NCBI GenBank assembly: GCA_934691225.1
Contig: CAKUSQ010000001.1
Coordinates: 122,801-154,800 of the forward strand
Length of the DNA stretch: 32,000 nucleotides
Source: an uncultured Opitutales bacterium
Lineage (GTDB): Bacteria > Verrucomicrobiota > Verrucomicrobiia > Opitutales > UBA9783
Reading direction: 5' to 3'
A program made the position numbers and the translations under genes. How positions within the stretch are numbered: position 1 is the first letter of the stretch; every line of letters starts with the position of its first letter. Below, in pieces: positions 26,367 through 32,000 of this stretch. The notes under the pieces are model-generated. The model ran no database searches. It was not told the origin of the DNA and saw nothing but the letters and a program-made list of their open reading frames with translations.

Positions 26367-28613
26367 GTGGCTGTGTCCTCCCAAAAATCTAACGATAAAT
26401 CATCCGAATTGAACATTTCGGATGATTTAATTGAATTAAAAGGCGTACTAAAGCGCATTGTTTTCTCAAATCCAGAAAACGCATATTCGGTTTGTCAGCT
26501 CGATCTTGCACATAATCAAGGACTTATTACAATTACAGGCTGTTTTCCTTCCGTACAGTGTGGTGAAACGCTCGTTGTTCGTGGTCAATGGGCCGAGCAT
26601 GAAAAATATGGACGCCAATTTAAATGTCATTCATTTGAAGCCAAACTTCCTGCAGACATTCATGGAATTCGGCGCTATTTAAGCAGTGGCCTTATTCATG
26701 GGATTGGTAAGGAATACGCCAATAAGATTGTAGAATTTTTCGGTGCAGAAACTTTCAATGTGCTTAACCATGCATCCGCTCAATTGTTAAATGTCCCTGG
26801 GATTGGTGAAAAACGTGCTCGCATGATTAAACAAGCTTGGGACGAACAACAAGCTGTGCGCGACACAATGATTTTTCTTCAGGCTTACGGCATAACCAAC
26901 ACACAATGTTTGCGACTTTACCAGCATTATGGCAAAGATACCAAAGCGACCATCGTAAAAAATCCTTATGTTATGGTTAAAGCCATTGAGGGCATAGGTT
27001 TCAAAACCGCAGATAAAATTGCGCTGAATTTAGGTTTGACAGTGGACAGCGATTTTCGAATTGATGCCGGCTTAGAATATGCATTATCTGAATCTGAAAA
27101 CAGTGGTAATACTGGCGAACGTCGCGAAAAACTCATCCATAAAACAGCAGAAATTTTAGAAGCACCCGCTGAAATTATTGCACAGCGACTTCAAAAAATT
27201 TTAAGCGATAACGTTTTATCGGAATATCTTTCCTTGCAAATCTTACAACGACCTCGAATGGCTATACATGAAGCATCTATTGCAAAACATGTGCAAAGAT
27301 TGCACGAAGCTTCATCCCTTTTGCCAAACATACAGGTTGATCAAGCACTTGCTTGGGCAGAAAAAAAATTGCAAATCCAATGGTCTGAAACACAAAAAAC
27401 TGCTTTAAAAAACATTTTAACATCCAAACTTTCCATCTTAACAGGAGGCCCTGGTACAGGAAAAACCACCTTATTGCGCGCACTTGTTGACGTTTTGTCA
27501 GCCAAGCATATACGTTTATGTCTAGCTGCTCCTACAGGAAGAGCAGCCCAAAGAATGTCAGAAACAACCGGCCTTCCGGCTAGAACTGTACACAGAACTT
27601 TAAAATTCGAACCTTCCATTGGACGTTTCACATTCGATGAAGAAAATCCATTACCTATTGATTTTTTAATTTTGGATGAATCCAGCATGTTGGATGTAGC
27701 TCTAACCCATGCTTTGTTACGAGCAATTCCTGATCATGCTCATTTATTATTGGTAGGCGACATTAACCAGTTACCTTCTGTGGGTCCCGGCAATGTGCTC
27801 AATGATTTCATAAACAATGCTTACTTTCATGTTGAATATTTAAGTGAAGTTTTTCGTCAAGGTAAACAAAGTTCAATTGTCGCTACTGCACATAGTATTT
27901 TAGAAGGAAAACAAAAATTAACCTGTCCCATCGTTTTACCTAATGAATCTATAAATTTGGAAGAAGACTTTCATTTTATAAAAATTGATTCACCTCAAAT
28001 CTGTATGGATGTACTGCAAGATTTTTACTGGAAAAAACTTCCAAAATGGTACCATGTAGATCCTATCCGCGATATCCAAGTTTTAGCACCTATGCATCGA
28101 GGAGTTATCGGTATTGACCAAATAAATCAAGTTTTTCAACAGTACCTAGGAACGCAACGCAGAAAATTCGAAATAGGCGCACAAACTTATTTCATTGGCG
28201 ACAAAGTAATTCAACTCAAAAATAATTACGATAAAAACATCTTTAATGGTGATTTAGGATTTGTACAAGACATTGATAATGAAAATTCTAATGTAACTAT
28301 AAATTTCAACAATGAAGAACATGTTTTAACACTAAAAGATTGCTTAGATTTAAAACTAGCTTATGCAATTAGCATTCATAAATCACAAGGAAGCGAATTT
28401 CCCATTGTTATTATTCCTTTGTTCAAACAACACTTTGTTATGCTTAAACGCAATTTACTTTATACCGCCATCACACGCGGACGAAAAAAAGTTTTTATTC
28501 TCGGAGAACCACAAGCTTATTCCATGGCAGTCTATGCACTTGACAGCACTATTCGTTTAACTACACTTAACGATCGCTTAAATTACATGACTAACTCAAT
28601 GACAAACATTTAG
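26367..28613 (+). CDS. recD2: RecD2-type (RecD/TraA family) SF1B DNA helicase
   Basis: GTG start 2 nt after the upstream stop. HhH motifs (GIGKEYANKIV, VPGIGEKRARMI). Walker A LTGGPGTGKTT, Walker B FLILDESSM, LLVGDINQLPSVGPGNV, SH3-like GDKVIQLKNNYDKNIFNGDLGFV, IHKSQGSEFP, LLYTAITRGRKKV. Confidence 0.92.
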   Translation: MAVSSQKSNDKSSELNISDDLIELKGVLKRIVFSNPENAYSVCQLDLAHNQGLITITGCFPSVQCGETLVVRGQWAEHEKYGRQFKCHSFEAKLPADIHGIRRYLSSGLIHGIGKEYANKIVEFFGAETFNVLNHASAQLLNVPGIGEKRARMIKQAWDEQQAVRDTMIFLQAYGITNTQCLRLYQHYGKDTKATIVKNPYVMVKAIEGIGFKTADKIALNLGLTVDSDFRIDAGLEYALSESENSGNTGERREKLIHKTAEILEAPAEIIAQRLQKILSDNVLSEYLSLQILQRPRMAIHEASIAKHVQRLHEASSLLPNIQVDQALAWAEKKLQIQWSETQKTALKNILTSKLSILTGGPGTGKTTLLRALVDVLSAKHIRLCLAAPTGRAAQRMSETTGLPARTVHRTLKFEPSIGRFTFDEENPLPIDFLILDESSMLDVALTHALLRAIPDHAHLLLVGDINQLPSVGPGNVLNDFINNAYFHVEYLSEVFRQGKQSSIVATAHSILEGKQKLTCPIVLPNESINLEEDFHFIKIDSPQICMDVLQDFYWKKLPKWYHVDPIRDIQVLAPMHRGVIGIDQINQVFQQYLGTQRRKFEIGAQTYFIGDKVIQLKNNYDKNIFNGDLGFVQDIDNENSNVTINFNNEEHVLTLKDCLDLKLAYAISIHKSQGSEFPIVIIPLFKQHFVMLKRNLLYTAITRGRKKVFILGEPQAYSMAVYALDSTIRLTTLNDRLNYMTNSMTNI

Positions 28614-28833
28614 CAAAATCCAAATCATTTAAAAGTTTAAATTGAGATTGTAATTTCGAATCTAGTAATTCATTAAAAAATCGCCCTAAGTCTTCATCTA
28701 ATAATATATGTCCACCTAATGACTGTATGATACCATCAATACGATACAAAGGCTCTCGTGAATGCCTCAAATGTATGTCAGATGCTTTAAGCTCTAACCC
28801 CTTCTCAATTATCCCTGCCAGTAGCTCATCCAT
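28591..28833 (-). pseudogene. pilT: Remnant of a PilT/PilU-type retraction ATPase gene (N-terminal ~74 codons only)
   Basis: MDELLAGIIEKGLELKASDIHLRHSREPLYRIDGIIQSLGG...LLNDLDFA matches the PilT N-terminal domain (..GASDLHL....P..R.DG......DFS). It stops after 80 codons, no Walker or ASP/HIS boxes follow, and its last 23 nt overlap the recD2 3' end. Confidence 0.7.
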
Positions 28834-28878
28834 GATTTACCCTACCATAGAATCGTACTAACGTCAATCAATCTCTTT

Positions 28879-28998
28879 CGCCTGGCAATCCCCTACTCTC
28901 ACACCACAGTACATGGCACTACCATCGGCAGCTTAGGGCTTAACGTTCGTGTTCGGTATGTGTACGCGTGTTTCCCCTGCGCTTATCGTCACCAGGCA
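28879..28998 (-). rRNA. rrf: 5S ribosomal RNA
   Basis: Reverse complement reads TGCCTGGTGACGATAAGCGCAGGGGAAACAC...CCGAACACGAACGTTAAGCC...GCCGATGGTAGTGCC...GAGAGTAGGGGATTGCCAGG, with terminal helix I pairing. Ends are +/- 3 nt. Confidence 0.93.
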
Positions 28999-29107
28999 AA
29001 TCTTTTTCCTTCAGCTATAACCATAGCTTACTCGCTTTTTTGACCCTTTTTGATGCTTAATGAATATCGCTTCCCAACTACCCATAAACTTACCATAACT
29101 TCACATA

Positions 29108-32000
<2,893 letters not shown>

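Noticed and set aside
8818-28560. Other short nested ORFs (8818-9024, 11409-11654, 12983-13192, 15760-15942, 16530-16757, 18552-18809, 21122-21322, 21420-21608, 22392-22670, 22968-23174, 23184-23414, 26458-26682, 27277-27483, 27341-27688, 28363-28560)
   Set aside because: All are embedded in or antisense to recognisable genes. Their composition is typical of out-of-frame translation of AT-rich coding DNA.

Overview
AT-rich, gene-dense bacterial chromosomal segment using the standard genetic code (mostly TAA stops, several ATGA start/stop overlaps). It is mostly core housekeeping genes. In order: the 3' ~860 codons of a single-polypeptide pyruvate:ferredoxin oxidoreductase (open to the window edge); an orphan sigma-54 enhancer-binding response regulator; glyA; rpsB-tsf; an FtsB/DivIC-like gene; a four-gene cluster (ExeA/MshM-like ATPase, two paralogous bitopic membrane proteins, a glycine-zipper lipoprotein); tRNA-Ser(UGA); a rodZ-bfn-dus operon; rpsU; rsmA/ksgA; ftsA preceded by a 563-aa Cys-rich exported orphan; tRNA-Val(UAC); a 420-aa orphan; a gamma-carbonic-anhydrase-like protein; a small ferredoxin; rpoN-sucC-sucD; an RsmB/NOP2-family methyltransferase; a 617-aa GreA-domain protein followed after 2 nt by a RecD2-type helicase; an 80-codon pilT N-terminal remnant; and, on the minus strand, 5S rRNA plus a 23S rRNA that runs ~13 nt past the window end. 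I found no CRISPR array, transposase, integrase, phage gene or recognisable defence or toxin-antitoxin system, so this reads as core genome rather than an accessory island. The best candidates for undescribed biology are: (1) the ExeA-like ATPase cluster at 7558-10482; (2) an ftsA with no adjacent ftsQ or ftsZ, apparently co-transcribed with the Cys-rich exported orphan; (3) the giant GreA-domain protein whose N-terminus resembles a CarD/TRCF RNAP-interaction domain; (4) the pilT remnant between recD2 and the 5S rRNA; (5) an EBP with a GAFTHA variant of the GAFTGA loop, alongside an rpoN-sucCD arrangement. PFOR, ferredoxin and sucCD suggest an anaerobic or microaerophilic lifestyle. Taxonomy cannot be assigned by eye; the 23S/5S sequences would settle it by database search.
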